A stretch of DNA of 64,000 nucleotides from Amoebidium appalachense (GCA_963693365.1 CAVNZM010000001.1:21398125-21462124), one strand, 5' to 3'; numbered from the stretch's first letter, positions 24,595-48,563 are shown. Numbers and translations: made by a program. Notes: generated from the sequence alone by a model not told the origin.

Positions 24595-26406
24595 ACTGTG
24601 TATGTGAGAGCGTGTGTGCGTATGTGCGTGTGCGTGCGTGCACGCGTGTGTGCATGCGTACGTGCGTTCTTACGTGCGTTCGTGCGTGCGTGCGTGTGTG
24701 TGTGTGTGTGTGTGCACGGCGCGTGTATGCGCTTGGGCGGTTGAAGGGATTGTGGAGCCGGAATTTTAAGAGTGTGTGTCACCAACTTCAACCTGACTGC
24801 CTCTCTCTGTCCATTCCTGAAAGTGTAGTCTCCCGTTCCTTTCTGTGCTCCCTCTTTTCCCACTGTAACTGTGTATCCCTTTCTGGTGTGTGCACCGGCA
24901 CCAAACAAACGGTAAGCGTGAGAGTGACATGAAAGGGTGGAAAGGAGGGGGAGGGGAGAGGGGGGGGGGGGGGGGGGGGGGTGGAGATTACGTTGCAGAG
25001 GAGTCTAGGGGTACAGGAGAAAGCACCTAAAAACTACCGTTTGAATTTCAACGGTACGAAAAGAGGTGATGGCGACTTGAAAGGCCTAAGTGACAGCCGG
25101 CTCGGGGGAAAAGGTCACACGGTGACTCACACCCAGTCACTCAGTCACCGTGTAGCCCTCCAAGGGCTATGTACCACGTAAGTGGCCGGGCCCGGCCTTA
25201 CTACGCTGCGGGGCGACATACAAGGTAGAACTAGAGCCGCAGGGAGACAGCACTCAAAGTGACCAAAGCATTTGTAGTCACCGTGTCTCACCGTCACCAT
25301 GTACATGTCCGGCTACCGGGATGATGAGTGGTATGCAAAAAGAGCGTTTACACACATGTGATTGGCAAGTGGTCATGTACATGCTTTTTGAAAGTGTGGA
25401 ACCAATCATATCATCAGAGCACAAGTCTAGTAACACGCGTCTGTGACTGTTAGCCAATCCGCTTTTTTCAGTTATCAGCGAAGTTTAGGGGTTCCCCCCC
25501 CCCCCTCCCGCCGATTCGCGGCCATATATGGTTACACCCCGACCCCCACCCCCCCCATAAACCAAGGTCGCGACAACATTTTAGGGGGGAGGGGGGGGGG
25601 GTTTGACCCCGATGTAGCCTCATAGGGGGGGGGGGGGGGGGGGGAGAGGGGGGGGAGGGGGGAGGGGGGAGGGGATTCGTCCACGGGTGGACAAGCTGAA
25701 CCGGAAGATGACGGCTGGTATGGCGGTTGTTTTGTATAAAAGGCTGGCATTTGTACATAAAGTTTGTACGCGTGATTGCATGTTTCCCTTCCTATTTTTT
25801 TTTTTTTTTTTTGGAGGGGGTGGGGGGGGGGGATAGAGATCTATGGATAGGAGAGGTATAGTCAAGGGGGGGGGGGGGGGGGGGGGGGGGAAGAAGAGGA
25901 TTGATGTGGCTGCGGCAGATATTTGCACTGAGTTTATGGGGCGCCGCGCGCGGGCCGCGAAATGCTGGTCGGTTGACACCTTCGAGGACCACCATGAAAA
26001 GACCGAGGATGGCTGGCCGCATCATAACGGGTTGGGCGGCACAACTTGACGCACACTTCTAACAGCCAGGCAAGCCAACGGCCAAGTAGACAGAGGGGCA
26101 CACGCACTGCGACAACACAGGTAGGCGGGCCAGCCCCTACGTGCCCCATGCTGCTTTGACTACCGCAGGCAAGCACACGCCATAGAAGCACACACACGGC
26201 AGAATCTTGTGCGCCTGCAGGGAGACAACAGGCCAAAGGCCAGCCACTCAGCTGCACGCACAGCACAAGGCGAATAGCACTGCACGACAGGGCACACACG
26301 TGCAGTCACACGAGAGTTCGCTTTTTTCCCTTTCATGCAACTGTCTCTGCCTGTGGACAGGCCTACATACCCTAACTGCAATTTCTGTAGCACTTTTACC
26401 CAGCCG

Positions 26407-26442
<36 letters not shown>

Positions 26443-26540
26443 ACCCCCCCACACACACACACGCACTCCCCAGGCACGCATCACAGACACGGGCAGCACT
26501 TACGTCACACACACCTACACGAAACGCGCGCGCGCGCGTG

Positions 26541-26613
<73 letters not shown>

Positions 26614-26788
26614 GAACACCTTTACCTCCGTGTAAGTGGGTGCTTCGTGACACGTGCCTGGCCCACAGGACAGACACTGCCCTGTCAGGTCTGTCTGTGT
26701 GCACTGGCGGCAGCCTGGCAGGGCCCCTCCACACTGCCCAGACGGCCCTAACCCTACCCCCCCTCTCTCCCCCCGTCCCCGTGCAGAC

Positions 26789-28348
26789 ATGGCACACGGC
26801 AAGCTCAACATGCTGCCGCCACTGGGCCCGGCCGAGGTGTCCGGCCTGGGCATGGACGGCTGGAGCCAGCTGCAGGCCGCTGTGGGCGAGGCTCTTGCCC
26901 AGCCCCCGGGCGAGGCCCCTGGGCAGGCGGCCCGGCTGACGCGCTATGGGGCCGTGCGGCAGGGGGGGCTGCTGCCGGTGCTGGGGGCAGCCTTTGGCCA
27001 CGCCGACGGCAACAACACGCAGGCCGGCCACGGCACGGCTGTGCTGCAGCCCAGCACGGGCCGGCCGGCCAAGCGGCGGCGCACGGAGAGGGCGGGGGAG
27101 GACGACGGGGTGGGGGTGTGCTACCTGTGCGGCTGGGAGGGCTGCACGTACCGCGACACGCGATATGCGGCTGTGCGGGCGCACTACCGGCTGCACCAGC
27201 GCGACGGGCTGTGGGTGTGCGGCTGCATCGGCTGCCAGAGCACAAACCTGCTGGCCGGCAAGGCCCTCAACGACCCGGGCTCTCCCCCCGAGGTCCTGCC
27301 CCTGCCCCGGCCCGGCCGGCCACCCAAGGCGCGGCCCATCACGCCCTTCAAGTGCAGCAAGAAGGGCTGCGGGGCGTCGTTCAGTGAGCGGCGGCTGCTG
27401 GTGCTGCACAAGGCCGAGGCGCACGGGGCCATGGTGTATGCCTGCGAGCTGGTGGGCTGCGGCGAGGTGTTTGAGGTCGAGTACAAGCGCAAGCGCCACG
27501 CTGACACCCACCACGTCATCCCGCCCCTGGAGCACGTGTGCCCCCACGACGGCTGCGGGCTGCGCTTCGACACGGCGCTGGACCTGACGGAGCACAGCAG
27601 GGACCACGTGCCCGAGGGCGCGCCCGTGTGCACGTTCTACGGCTGTGCCGAGGTGGCCGCCAGCGAGGACGAGCTGTGCCGCCACCGCCTGGACGTGCAC
27701 GCGGCCCGGCCGTACGTGTGCATGGCCCCGGGCTGCGGGCTGGCGTTTGGGCGCACACAGGAGCTGGCTGACCATGCGGCAGGGGCGCACGGCACGCAGG
27801 TGGACGGGGCGGGCGAGGAGGTGCGCACGTGCCGCTACCACGGCTGCTTCAAGGTGCTGGGCAGCACCAAGGACCTGCGCCGCCACCTGGCCCGCCACTC
27901 GGGCACCCGGCCCTACGTGTGCTCCGTGGCCGGCTGCGGCAAGGCCTTCGCCCTGCCGGCCGGCCTGCGCAGCCACGAGGCGTCGCACGAGACAGGCGTG
28001 CGCAGTGCCTACCGCAAGGGCGCCAAGCCGGCGCCCACGGACCGGCCCTACGTGTGCACCTACGACGGCTGCGGCAAGGCCTATGCGCTGGGCGCCGAGC
28101 TGCGGGCGCACGAGCGGGCACACACCAAGCCGTTCTCGTGCGAGGTGTGCGGGGCGCGGTTCCGGTCCATGGCGCTGGTGCGCGAACACAGCAACGGCCA
28201 CAGCAACCTGCGGCCCTTCAAGTGCGACGTCGAGCACTGCGGCGCGGCCTTCAACTACCGCAGCAACCTGCGCCTGCACCGCCGCGTGCATGCACGCACC
28301 CGCCAGCCGCCAGCGGCCCACGACCTGCCCACCCTGCCGTCAGCATGA
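26789..28348 (+). CDS. Multi-C2H2 zinc-finger protein (paralog ZF3)
   Basis: Within ORF 26654-28348; ATG 26789 follows a pyrimidine-rich CAG acceptor. NLS PAKRRR and many C2H2 fingers (HSGTRPYVC, HSNLRPFKC). Terminal finger is nearly identical to that of ZF2. Confidence 0.9.
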   Translation: MAHGKLNMLPPLGPAEVSGLGMDGWSQLQAAVGEALAQPPGEAPGQAARLTRYGAVRQGGLLPVLGAAFGHADGNNTQAGHGTAVLQPSTGRPAKRRRTERAGEDDGVGVCYLCGWEGCTYRDTRYAAVRAHYRLHQRDGLWVCGCIGCQSTNLLAGKALNDPGSPPEVLPLPRPGRPPKARPITPFKCSKKGCGASFSERRLLVLHKAEAHGAMVYACELVGCGEVFEVEYKRKRHADTHHVIPPLEHVCPHDGCGLRFDTALDLTEHSRDHVPEGAPVCTFYGCAEVAASEDELCRHRLDVHAARPYVCMAPGCGLAFGRTQELADHAAGAHGTQVDGAGEEVRTCRYHGCFKVLGSTKDLRRHLARHSGTRPYVCSVAGCGKAFALPAGLRSHEASHETGVRSAYRKGAKPAPTDRPYVCTYDGCGKAYALGAELRAHERAHTKPFSCEVCGARFRSMALVREHSNGHSNLRPFKCDVEHCGAAFNYRSNLRLHRRVHARTRQPPAAHDLPTLPSA

Positions 28349-28364
28349 GGGCCTTAGATATACA

Positions 28365-28912
28365 CGTAGGTAGATATTCGCTCTGCATGGTAGGTAGATA
28401 TTTGACCTGCATGGTAGGTGGATATGTGCCCTGCATGCATGGTAGGTAGATATTTGTCGTGAATGGTAGGTTAGATATTTGTTCTGCATGGTAGGTAGAT
28501 ATTTGCCCTGCATGGTAGGTAAGTATGTGCCCTGCAGATATTTGCCCTGCATGGTAGGTACAGGAGATATATGCGTAAGTAGATATGTGCCCTGCATGGT
28601 AGGTAGATATGTGCCCTGCAGATATGTTAGGTACAGCTGAAGTAGATATGTGCCCTGCATGGTAGGTACAGGAGATATATGCTGAAGTAGATATGTGCCC
28701 TGCATGGTAGGTACAGGAGATATATGCTGAAGTAGATATGTGCCCTGCATGGTAGGTACAGGAGATATATGCTGAAGTAGATATGTGCCCTGCATGGTAG
28801 GTACAGGAGATATATGCTGAAGTAGATATGTGCCCTGCATGGTAGGCACAGGAGATATATGCTGAAGTAGATATGTGCCCTGCATGGTAGGTAGATATGA
28901 GCCCTGCATGGG
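28365..28912 (+). repeat. Minisatellite with a ~24-bp core (CATGGTAGGTAGATATGTGCCCTG) expanding into a 45-bp unit
   Basis: GCTGAAGTAGATATGTGCCCTGCATGGTAGGTACAGGAGATATAT recurs at 28681, 28726, 28771, 28816 and (partially) 28861. Confidence 0.9.
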
Positions 28913-29629
28913 AGGCACTGCACATAGGCTTGAACGGTTTCTGGCTAAAGTTTGAACAGGTCTATATTTAGCTGGGTTGGTGTCACATGCACGACTGCGG
29001 CATGAAATACATCAGCAACAGTGCTGCCCAAGGGCATCCGTCATGCCCCATCGATAGTGTGGGTGCATTCAATATAAGCAGCCTGACACCCACTTGATCT
29101 TGTAGATATTGTTAACCACCCATAATGGGTGTCCAAAGTTAATTCGAAAATAAAGTATTCGAACGCACGCGCACACACATAGCAAGGCACGTTGTGCTTG
29201 GTTCTAAAATTGCGGCTTATTCCCCCCCCCCCCCCACCATCACCACCACAACCCCCCATCCCCCCCCCCCTAAATAAAAAAAAACCAAAAAAAACAACCA
29301 CCTGAACACACCCTTAAAGAGTAGATAGCCGATCGGTTTCTGCCATTATGAAATCACCACGTATTCTTTCACTTTGTTTTCTTTTGCATGTAAAAATAGA
29401 AATTGATGAGAGATACACGTGTACACAGGGCCTTTGTACGTGACAATGAATATTTCCCATCCTTCTCCATACATTCTCCATACACGACTGTCCAATCAAC
29501 GTTGCCATTCATTCATACATATATATACGGCTACATCATTGCACATGTGAGCAAAGCCAAAAAGGCCCAGGCCCGCCCAGCATCCCAACCCACGTGCAGC
29601 CACCAGGGCCATGCCCCCCGTCCACCCGG

Positions 29630-39480
<9,851 letters not shown>

Positions 39481-40030
39481 CACGGCAAGGGAGGCCACGT
39501 GTGGTTGCCACTACTTGGCTGTTCCTAACTAATTACTGCAGTGTTTTAGCCTTTAAGCTGTCGCCGTGTCTACTGGTTTACACGGTCTATGATAGATATC
39601 TTAGGAAACGGTGGGAGGACTGCCCTCATGTGCACACGTGTGTGGCTTATGTACTGCGATTTCCAGCACGGCCACACACTACATATAAATTGGCCGGACG
39701 TACGACAAACAATGATGCGGTGCTTTTTTTGTAGTTTAGGGTTTTTTGTGGTTTAGGGTAAAAATAAAAAAGCACCATCTGGTGAGCCTAAACCCCCCCC
39801 CCGCCTTTTTTTTTTGCCTGTCCCATCGCTATCGATGCATGTGCGGCAAGGCCTCCTAAAATATTTACTAACCCCAACTTCAAGTTGCAGTTATGTACGT
39901 AACAGTATACGGACGGCGGGCGGCGGGCCCGGCGTCCGCGATTGGCCCGGTCCGCCGGACCAGGGTACCCAGGGCTCGGAAATCCACGGCCCGCCTGGCG
40001 GCCACAGACTACCAGGTAGCCGCACTCGTG

Positions 40031-40070
<40 letters not shown>

Positions 40071-40369
40071 GGGGGGGGGGGAGCCTGGGTAGACGGGGTT
40101 GGGGGCGGGGGGGCACGCCGGCAAGGCGCGTTGGGCGCCCGCGCGTGACCCTTCGCCAACCCCCCGCGTGCCCCGGTCACGCCCGGCCCGCGCCGCCCCC
40201 CTCCCCCTGCCTTCCCCACCCTCCCCCCACACCCAGGCCGGAGGAGGGTCGAGTTGCCGGCCCCCGTTCCCCACAGACGGGCGCGTTAGCCTCACTGTTT
40301 TCCCCCCTCTGTGCGTGTCGGCACTCGTGGGAGCTGGGGGGGGTTTCGCCGGTCGGGAGCTAGGTGGGT

Positions 40370-41820
<1,451 letters not shown>

Positions 41821-41921
41821 CCAATTGGCCCGGTCCGCCGGCCTGGATAGATTACGTCATAAAATCGCATTCCATTGTGCTCGTGGTATTTCGATTCACT
41901 GGATTCCGGCCCTAAAACGAG

Positions 41922-42773
41922 ATGCCGGCACAGAACATGTATGTTGTTGTTTTTCGTTTATGTCTCGCTTTTTTTGGTTCAGTGACGGAGACATCGGTAA
42001 CATGGCTGACGGCGGGACTGGCCCTATGGAGGGACCTGCTCCTCCTGAGCCTGGAATGGATAAGAAGAGGAGTAACATTGAATGGTCTGCGTAGCAACTT
42101 TAAAGTCGGTAACATATGCAGTGCTCCAGGCTGCAGAGGCAACTACGACGACCAAAACAAGGTTTTCGTTTACAAATTCCCCAACCCAAACGACGGGCGC
42201 ATTAAAAGCGAGACACTACGCGAAGAAACACGGAACCTTCTCAGTGCGTGGCTACGTGCTGTGCCAACTCGGAGGCAGTGGCCTGAGAACTTCGACCCGC
42301 ACGGTGTTGCGCGGGTCTGTTGCCGTCGCTTTCCCGCCCATGACATCGTTAAAAAGGGTGGCAAAACGTGGCCTAGGCCAGGCGCCGTCCCGAGCATTTT
42401 TCCCAACTGCCCTAGTTACCTGAGCGCCCCTAAGGCTTCCGCGCCTCCTCGTACGGACCCGGAAGAGAGAGCCGCAAAGATGGAGAAGGTTCGGGCAAGG
42501 CAAGTCTTAGAGGAAGAGGCAGTAGCAAGGAAGCGCCAGAAGGAGATGTTCGCGTTCGACCAGCTTGTTGTCCGCTCCCTAGAAATAGTGGAGCGCCACG
42601 CTGGCTGGAGGGTTCAAGGCGTCGAAACGGAAATAGGCGAGGGGGCATCGGTGGTATTCTGGCTTCCAGGCATGCTTCTATGCAAACCATCATTCAGCGT
42701 TACCATGCGAGCGTCAGTAGTGATCAATAGTGACTCGACTTTTCGTTCAGCAGTTTACTCTCACACCCCATGA
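41922..42773 (+). pseudogene. THAP-domain protein, probably the truncated N-terminus of a P-element-like transposase
   Basis: CSAPGC...YKFP...W...VCCRRF...AVPSIFPNCPSYLS follows THAP consensus (AVPTIF box), except that the Zn-binding His is replaced by Arg. It is followed by a charged coiled-coil; no catalytic domain is present. Confidence 0.75.
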
Positions 42774-42821
42774 CATATACTAATCCGTCTCAGCAGATTA
42801 GCCTAAGTCTACGATCGAGAT

Positions 42822-42855
<34 letters not shown>

Positions 42856-42993
42856 GGCCCGGGTCACAGATCATCAAGATCAAGTCCGGGGCCTCAAGAT
42901 AGCTGTGCAGCTGCGTGCATCATCTTGCCTCTGCCGGCGCAGGGCATTGGACCACGTCAGCCGGGACAGCCATCCAATAGAATTCTAATTAGT

Positions 42994-45830
42994 GTGTAGG
43001 ATAGATCGTAGGAGGACTTAGGAATGTCATTGTTCGGGCAGAAGCCCTTTTGTAAGGATTGGCAAGGTTTGATAGTATACTATGTTGCCAAACGTATTTA
43101 TAAATGTAGATGTAGAGGAAAGGGGGGGAGGGAGGGGGGGGGAGGATAGTATGAAATGTAGATTTAGACTCTGCGGTGCCACTAGGGGGAGGGTGAGGGG
43201 TGAGACTTGGATAAATATATTAGTTGAGTAGATCGACTTAGCTCGTGCAGGCGCACGATAAAAGTAGATCGGAATGTTAATGGAATGTGGCATCGTAGGG
43301 GGCCAGGTGATGATGATCTTGTAGGGCACGGCCTTGATGGCCTCAGTCGTTACTTAGACTCATTCCGTTCGGATCTAAGTGTGCCCGTCGGAGCCTGGTC
43401 TTAATAAACTTTAACGTTTTTTCTGTACACGTTCGTTCCTTTTCGTGTGTGTACACTTAGTAGAGTGCCGCGTCTCTAGTACACATATATTAGGATACGA
43501 CACCCCAACCGTGCTTCCTTCCAATTACCTGACTCTAGCAGTGGGCAACATAAGTTGGGTGGCGACAGCATTGTCAGGCGACGAGCACACTGGACACATA
43601 TGGAACGATCTTACTCGGTGCATCGAGCCTTTGTCCACACACCCTTCCCTCTCTCCTCCCTTTTTGGTGTTTGACCAAGATAATGCTGATCCTCTGACGG
43701 CGCCCGCCTCAAGAGGCAGACTGTAGGGGTCAGCATTATAATAGGTCAACAGCCGGGCTGTCACAACACGACTATGCTATGGAGGCGCTTGCGTCTGCCC
43801 AGTCGTTGTTGATTGCTGCAGGAAACCATTTCAAGGAGGACGGAGACGAGGATCGGGCCAAGCAGTGCTTCTTTCAGGCCGAGCAGGCACAACTTGTCAT
43901 CTTCACTTGATTCATAGCAAGACTTAGAAGTTGAGTTTTGTATTTGTTTATTAGTTTGTTGTAGTTTGTTTCCTTTTCCTTTCTTCTTTTCCTTTCTTTC
44001 CTTTCTGTTTCCGTGTACACCGATATCTTAGATCTGTGTACGCATCGACATACTTAGCTCGCGCACACGTATTGTCGTTTGTGTCAAAATCTATATATGT
44101 CATCCAATCAGATCTCGTTTGTATTTTCCCATATATAGTAACTTACATTCCTTTCCCATTCCTTTCTCACGGCGTAGCATTGTGCTATGTTCTCCAACTA
44201 TTAGGAATAATTATATTTAGACGTGTTATGATAAGAACATGTATAAATGTATGTTGTGAACTAATAGTTACATAAGTGGTTTCATTTTGTTAAATGTTTC
44301 CGTGCTTTTATTAGAAGTTTCTTTCATTAGAGGATTGTATTCTATATTCTATGTGTCGATAGACATTTTGATCAATATATTTTACACTCATAGTTTTCGT
44401 CTTTCTGATTGGAAAATAGAGTTTTCGTTCTTTTGATTGGTTTATCGTTTTCACATTCCCAAGTATAAAAGGGACTTCGTCTTGGAATAAATATCAAGCA
44501 GTCGTATTCATTTCCTATGGTTCCAGAAATCGTTCCACCTCTCCGGTTGTGTTTCTCCCGTGTGTCTCTGTGTTGTGTATAACATAACACCCATCTGTGC
44601 TCTCTGCTTCTCCGTTTACCCACACAAAACAACAGGTTTACGGCCCCTTTGCACGCTAACACACAATCTTAACCCAACCGCAAAATTTCTCATTCTTACT
44701 GCTTCAATCATGACTGACAAACCGTCGTACATCAACCTTCCAATATGGAATCCGTCCGAGAAAAGAGACGAGAAACGTCTTAATTATTTCGAGTGGGAGC
44801 CACTCATTCACCGGTTCATTAGAACTTCAACCATTGCCGAGAAATTCGTTGACGCTATCAAGAGGCCACAGTGGGTTGACGGCACTGAAGCCAACCAGTG
44901 GCTAGGCTACGCCACCAAGGACTCCTACAAGAAAGCTTCCGACCTCCTCGACCAGATCCTCAACCAGTCCGTCCATCCGACCGAGCTCTACGACTCCGGC
45001 CGGATGCAAGACGGTGTCCACGGTGGAGAAGTCTCCCACAACCTGCGTATGGCGTATGTGGCAGAGAAGGAGGCCCGAGTCACCCAGATTCAAGTCACCT
45101 TCGAGGAGCTTGAACTACGAGACTACCCCAACGTCACAGCATACCTCACCCGTCTCCGTTGAACGTCTGGCTACGACACTTGCCTGCCTCGACGAGCCCG
45201 TCCAGCACAAGGATGTCGTACGTAAGTTCTTCCTTCACCTCCGGAAGAACACGGCCCTGGTCTGCTCCGACATTGAACGTCTGTGCTCCGACTACTGGAT
45301 GAACAACAAGGCCTACCCGTCCTTCAACCAGCTCATCAGTGACATCCGAGGAGCTGAAATCCGTGCCGGCCTCATCGACGCAGGCACTGGTGCAACCGTC
45401 AACAACCGTCCCCTCCGTGCACTCCAGAGCAGAGTGTTCCCCCCGGTGATCTCCGTAACCGTATCCCTCGACGTGAGCATACACCTCACCGTTCCCCGTC
45501 CCGTTCCCGTGATCCTCGTCCGTCCTCCAAGTCACCCGGCCCCCGTTCAACTTCCCCTTACCACCGTGGTAACAGGGACAACCGTAACCGACAGCACAAC
45601 ATCAGCAATCTTGTTGCGGCATCCAAAAGCTGTCGTAAACTACCCGACGACATCGGAAACCCCTCAACACCTCCAAAACTAACCCCAAATACATATCATT
45701 GCTCCCCGACATCCAATGGATGTGTCGTAATATGCTCGATCCGATACCCGATGCACCAATGGATGTACATAGAACCCCGCGAGTGCATATCCAATGGGTG
45801 TGCAATGTAGCCATCTAACTGACGTGCAAT
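42994..45830 (+). mobile_element. Partial Copia-like LTR retroelement 1 (LTR end, PBS, gag; left boundary uncertain; no pol or 3' LTR seen)
   Basis: ...ACAACA|GGTTTACGGCCCCTTTGCACGCT at 44634/44635 parallels the LTR/PBS junction of the 52030 element. Both share a TTCAATCATG start context, and the gag genes are homologous. Confidence 0.6.
44710..45828 (+). pseudogene. Copia-like gag, frameshifted near 45160 and 45440
   Basis: MTDKPSYINLPIW..NYFEWE..NVTAYLTRL/VERLATTLACLDEPV..KFF..YPSFNQL aligns by eye with MDPNKTGVNKITMW..TYFQWE..SFTTYLSRLQTIVNQLQSLQDE..KFF..FPDFESL. An RS-rich tail follows in the -1 frame. Confidence 0.7.
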
Positions 45831-46717
45831 AGATCCAACATACGACGTCCAGTCGGTGGGTATATGACGGCGGCCAGGGGGCATTCAGACAGTCGTAACA
45901 CCGTCTACGGGAGGATCAGAACGGCACCCTGTGGACGATCTTATGCATGTCTATGGTTTGATGTAAAGCCATATAACGGAGCACTGTAAACGCATCGAAT
46001 GTATGGTATTAATACCATCTTGATCAAATACGTATGACTATCACATGTATGTCTATCGTTTGTTGTAAAGCAATGCAATGGAGCACTGCAAAACCATCCA
46101 GTTGATTATAAAAATAGATCGAAATCCAATCAACACATAATGGGAGAAATTGTAAACTTTACAATGTTGGGTAATCCACAACAGCCTATATATATAGTTG
46201 TCTGTATAGTAAAATGCTAGGACCGGTAGGTGCAACTTCCCATGAAATGGGAATGATTTACTGATGTCAAAAGGCAATCGGCAAACACGGAGGCAAGATG
46301 CAAAGGGAAGGGAAGGGAAGGAAACACCAGTCGAACGCCGTCATTATAGCTCATCTCAGGTTTAAACCAAAACCCTGCCGGCACTGCCGACCTGCCTTCC
46401 AATCTTATTAAATGGACCGATTTCATATATGTACACAGGGAACCGGAGAATTATTCTAGCCGGCTTAGATACAAGCAAAATCGGCAGACAGGCCTGTGGT
46501 TTACCGTTTTCGATAGATCATACATGAGCTAACACATGCTTACATGCTTGCCGCGCGCCTATTTGTGCTTATAGGGTTACCAGGGTGTGCCAAATTTCAC
46601 GAACCAACACCTGAAAATAAGAAGGGAAAACATGTGTCTGGAGATTGGGACAAGCAGAAGAGAAATGGATAACGGACTCAGAACGAACGTCTATGGAATA
46701 TAAAATCATGGTCAGGG

Positions 46718-46895
46718 GACTCTGAGAGTCTAATCCCCCCTGCAAGACACCTTCAAAATGCACTCATATGAAGAAGGTAAAACACATTCCCTGGACTCTG
46801 AGAGTCTACTTCTCCCTGCAGACACCATCGTAACGCACTCATAAGTGGAAAGAAAAACAGACTTCATGGATTCTGAGAGTCCATTTCCTAGAGCA
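46718..46895 (+). repeat. Degenerate 75-bp tandem repeat x3
   Basis: GGA(C/T)TCTGAGAGTC at ~46718, ~46793 and ~46868. Confidence 0.6.
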
Positions 46896-47645
46896 GAACA
46901 TACTAATCAACCACATATTGTAAATGCTCAAAATATCGACCAGACTTTGAAAGTACGGTGTGGTTTTGTATATGAAGTACACTGGGACCGTTTGAATTCA
47001 TCGAAAGAAAACAGACAACACAACACACACACGAGTACTCCAACATTTAATTAAGACATACTACGAAATTTCCAGGGTGTCCGTTCCTACAAGCAAAAAT
47101 AAAATTTGCCGAAATATATTCATAACAAGAAGAATCTCTCATTCATATAAGGTCGTTTAACACAATGGAGAGGCCAGGACTCTTTGTCGTAAGTCAACAT
47201 ATCTACACCGTGGAGGCAGTTTGCCATAACGAAGTATGGCAATTACGATTTCATTCCAAGGATAGCAATACCATACGCATTCGTGTGAAGGTCTATTGAC
47301 GGTCATTCGAGTTATAACAGACACCATACAGAATATTACTATCCCTTGCGAGGGTTTCCGAAGGATGGTATTTTTTTCTTGATGCTGTATATGGGTACCC
47401 TTGGTCGTTTTGCGGGGACTGGCACCTCCGTAGATGCTCGGCGCTTGTGTGTTTGTCCTGATGGGTAACGATACAACTTTAGTTACAACCAACCCTCAAA
47501 AATTCCTGCATACGTGCTTCATGAATTTCACACACACACTCACACAAGCTTTCTCTCTGTCACTCTCTCTCTTGCTGTCTATCTCTATCTCTATCTCCCT
47601 CTCTATCATCATCTCTTCTCCCCCTCTCACTCGCTGTCGCTCTCT

Positions 47646-47692
<47 letters not shown>

Positions 47693-47745
47693 TCTATCAT
47701 CATCTCTTCTCCCCCTCTCACTCGCTGTCGCTCTCTCCCCCCCCC

Positions 47746-47817
<72 letters not shown>

Positions 47818-48028
47818 CCCTCCCCCCCCCCCCCCCTCCCCCCGTCTCTCTCTCTCCCTCTTAGCCCTACCTCCCTATCTCCGAATCTCCCTATTTCACT
47901 CGGACATGCAAATGCACATACACTGCACAGAAAATGGCATAGACATTTGTCTCCCAAAAGCCCGTTTAGCATCACCACAAACAGGCTATGGAAACAGGCT
48001 ATGGAATAATGCCAGTCGAGATACGTAC

Positions 48029-48390
48029 CCGTCTTTGACATCCATCACGAGCGGTTCGTTTTCTAAATCACTTGACACGTCGTTTTGGAGACTGTTGGTG
48101 TCACCATCTGATTTGCTGGCCACACTGCCGGGGTTCTTGATGTTGTCGTTGTTGCTATTGCTCTCTGCGCTGTTGATGTCTGCATTGTGAATGTCAGTCC
48201 GAGTTCAGAGCCAATGCTCAGATAATGATTCGAAATGATTTTGTTGGTGTGGGTGGGGAAGCCTCAGAAGGAGTTTGTAACTTCTTTCAAATCGAATATT
48301 TTATCACCATTGTCGTTTTTCTGCCCATACCCATAGGAAATGTGGAGGTGATGGTGGTTGTGGTGGTTGTGGTGGTTGTGGTGGTCTGGT

Positions 48391-48421
<31 letters not shown>

Positions 48422-48497
48422 GGGGATGCCATGTGGGGGGGGGGGGGGGGGGGGGCTCCCGTGCATGTCATTGGCCGTGTGCTGGTTTGTGTTTTTT

Positions 48498-48563
<66 letters not shown>

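Noticed and set aside
39970-39985. CAGGGCTCGGAAAT as the left TIR of an hAT element
   Set aside because: No matching right TIR with an 8-bp TSD found in the window.
42071-42093. 23-nt GT-AG micro-intron joining the MADGG... start to the THAP frame
   Set aside because: Splicing it leads into the wrong reading frame.
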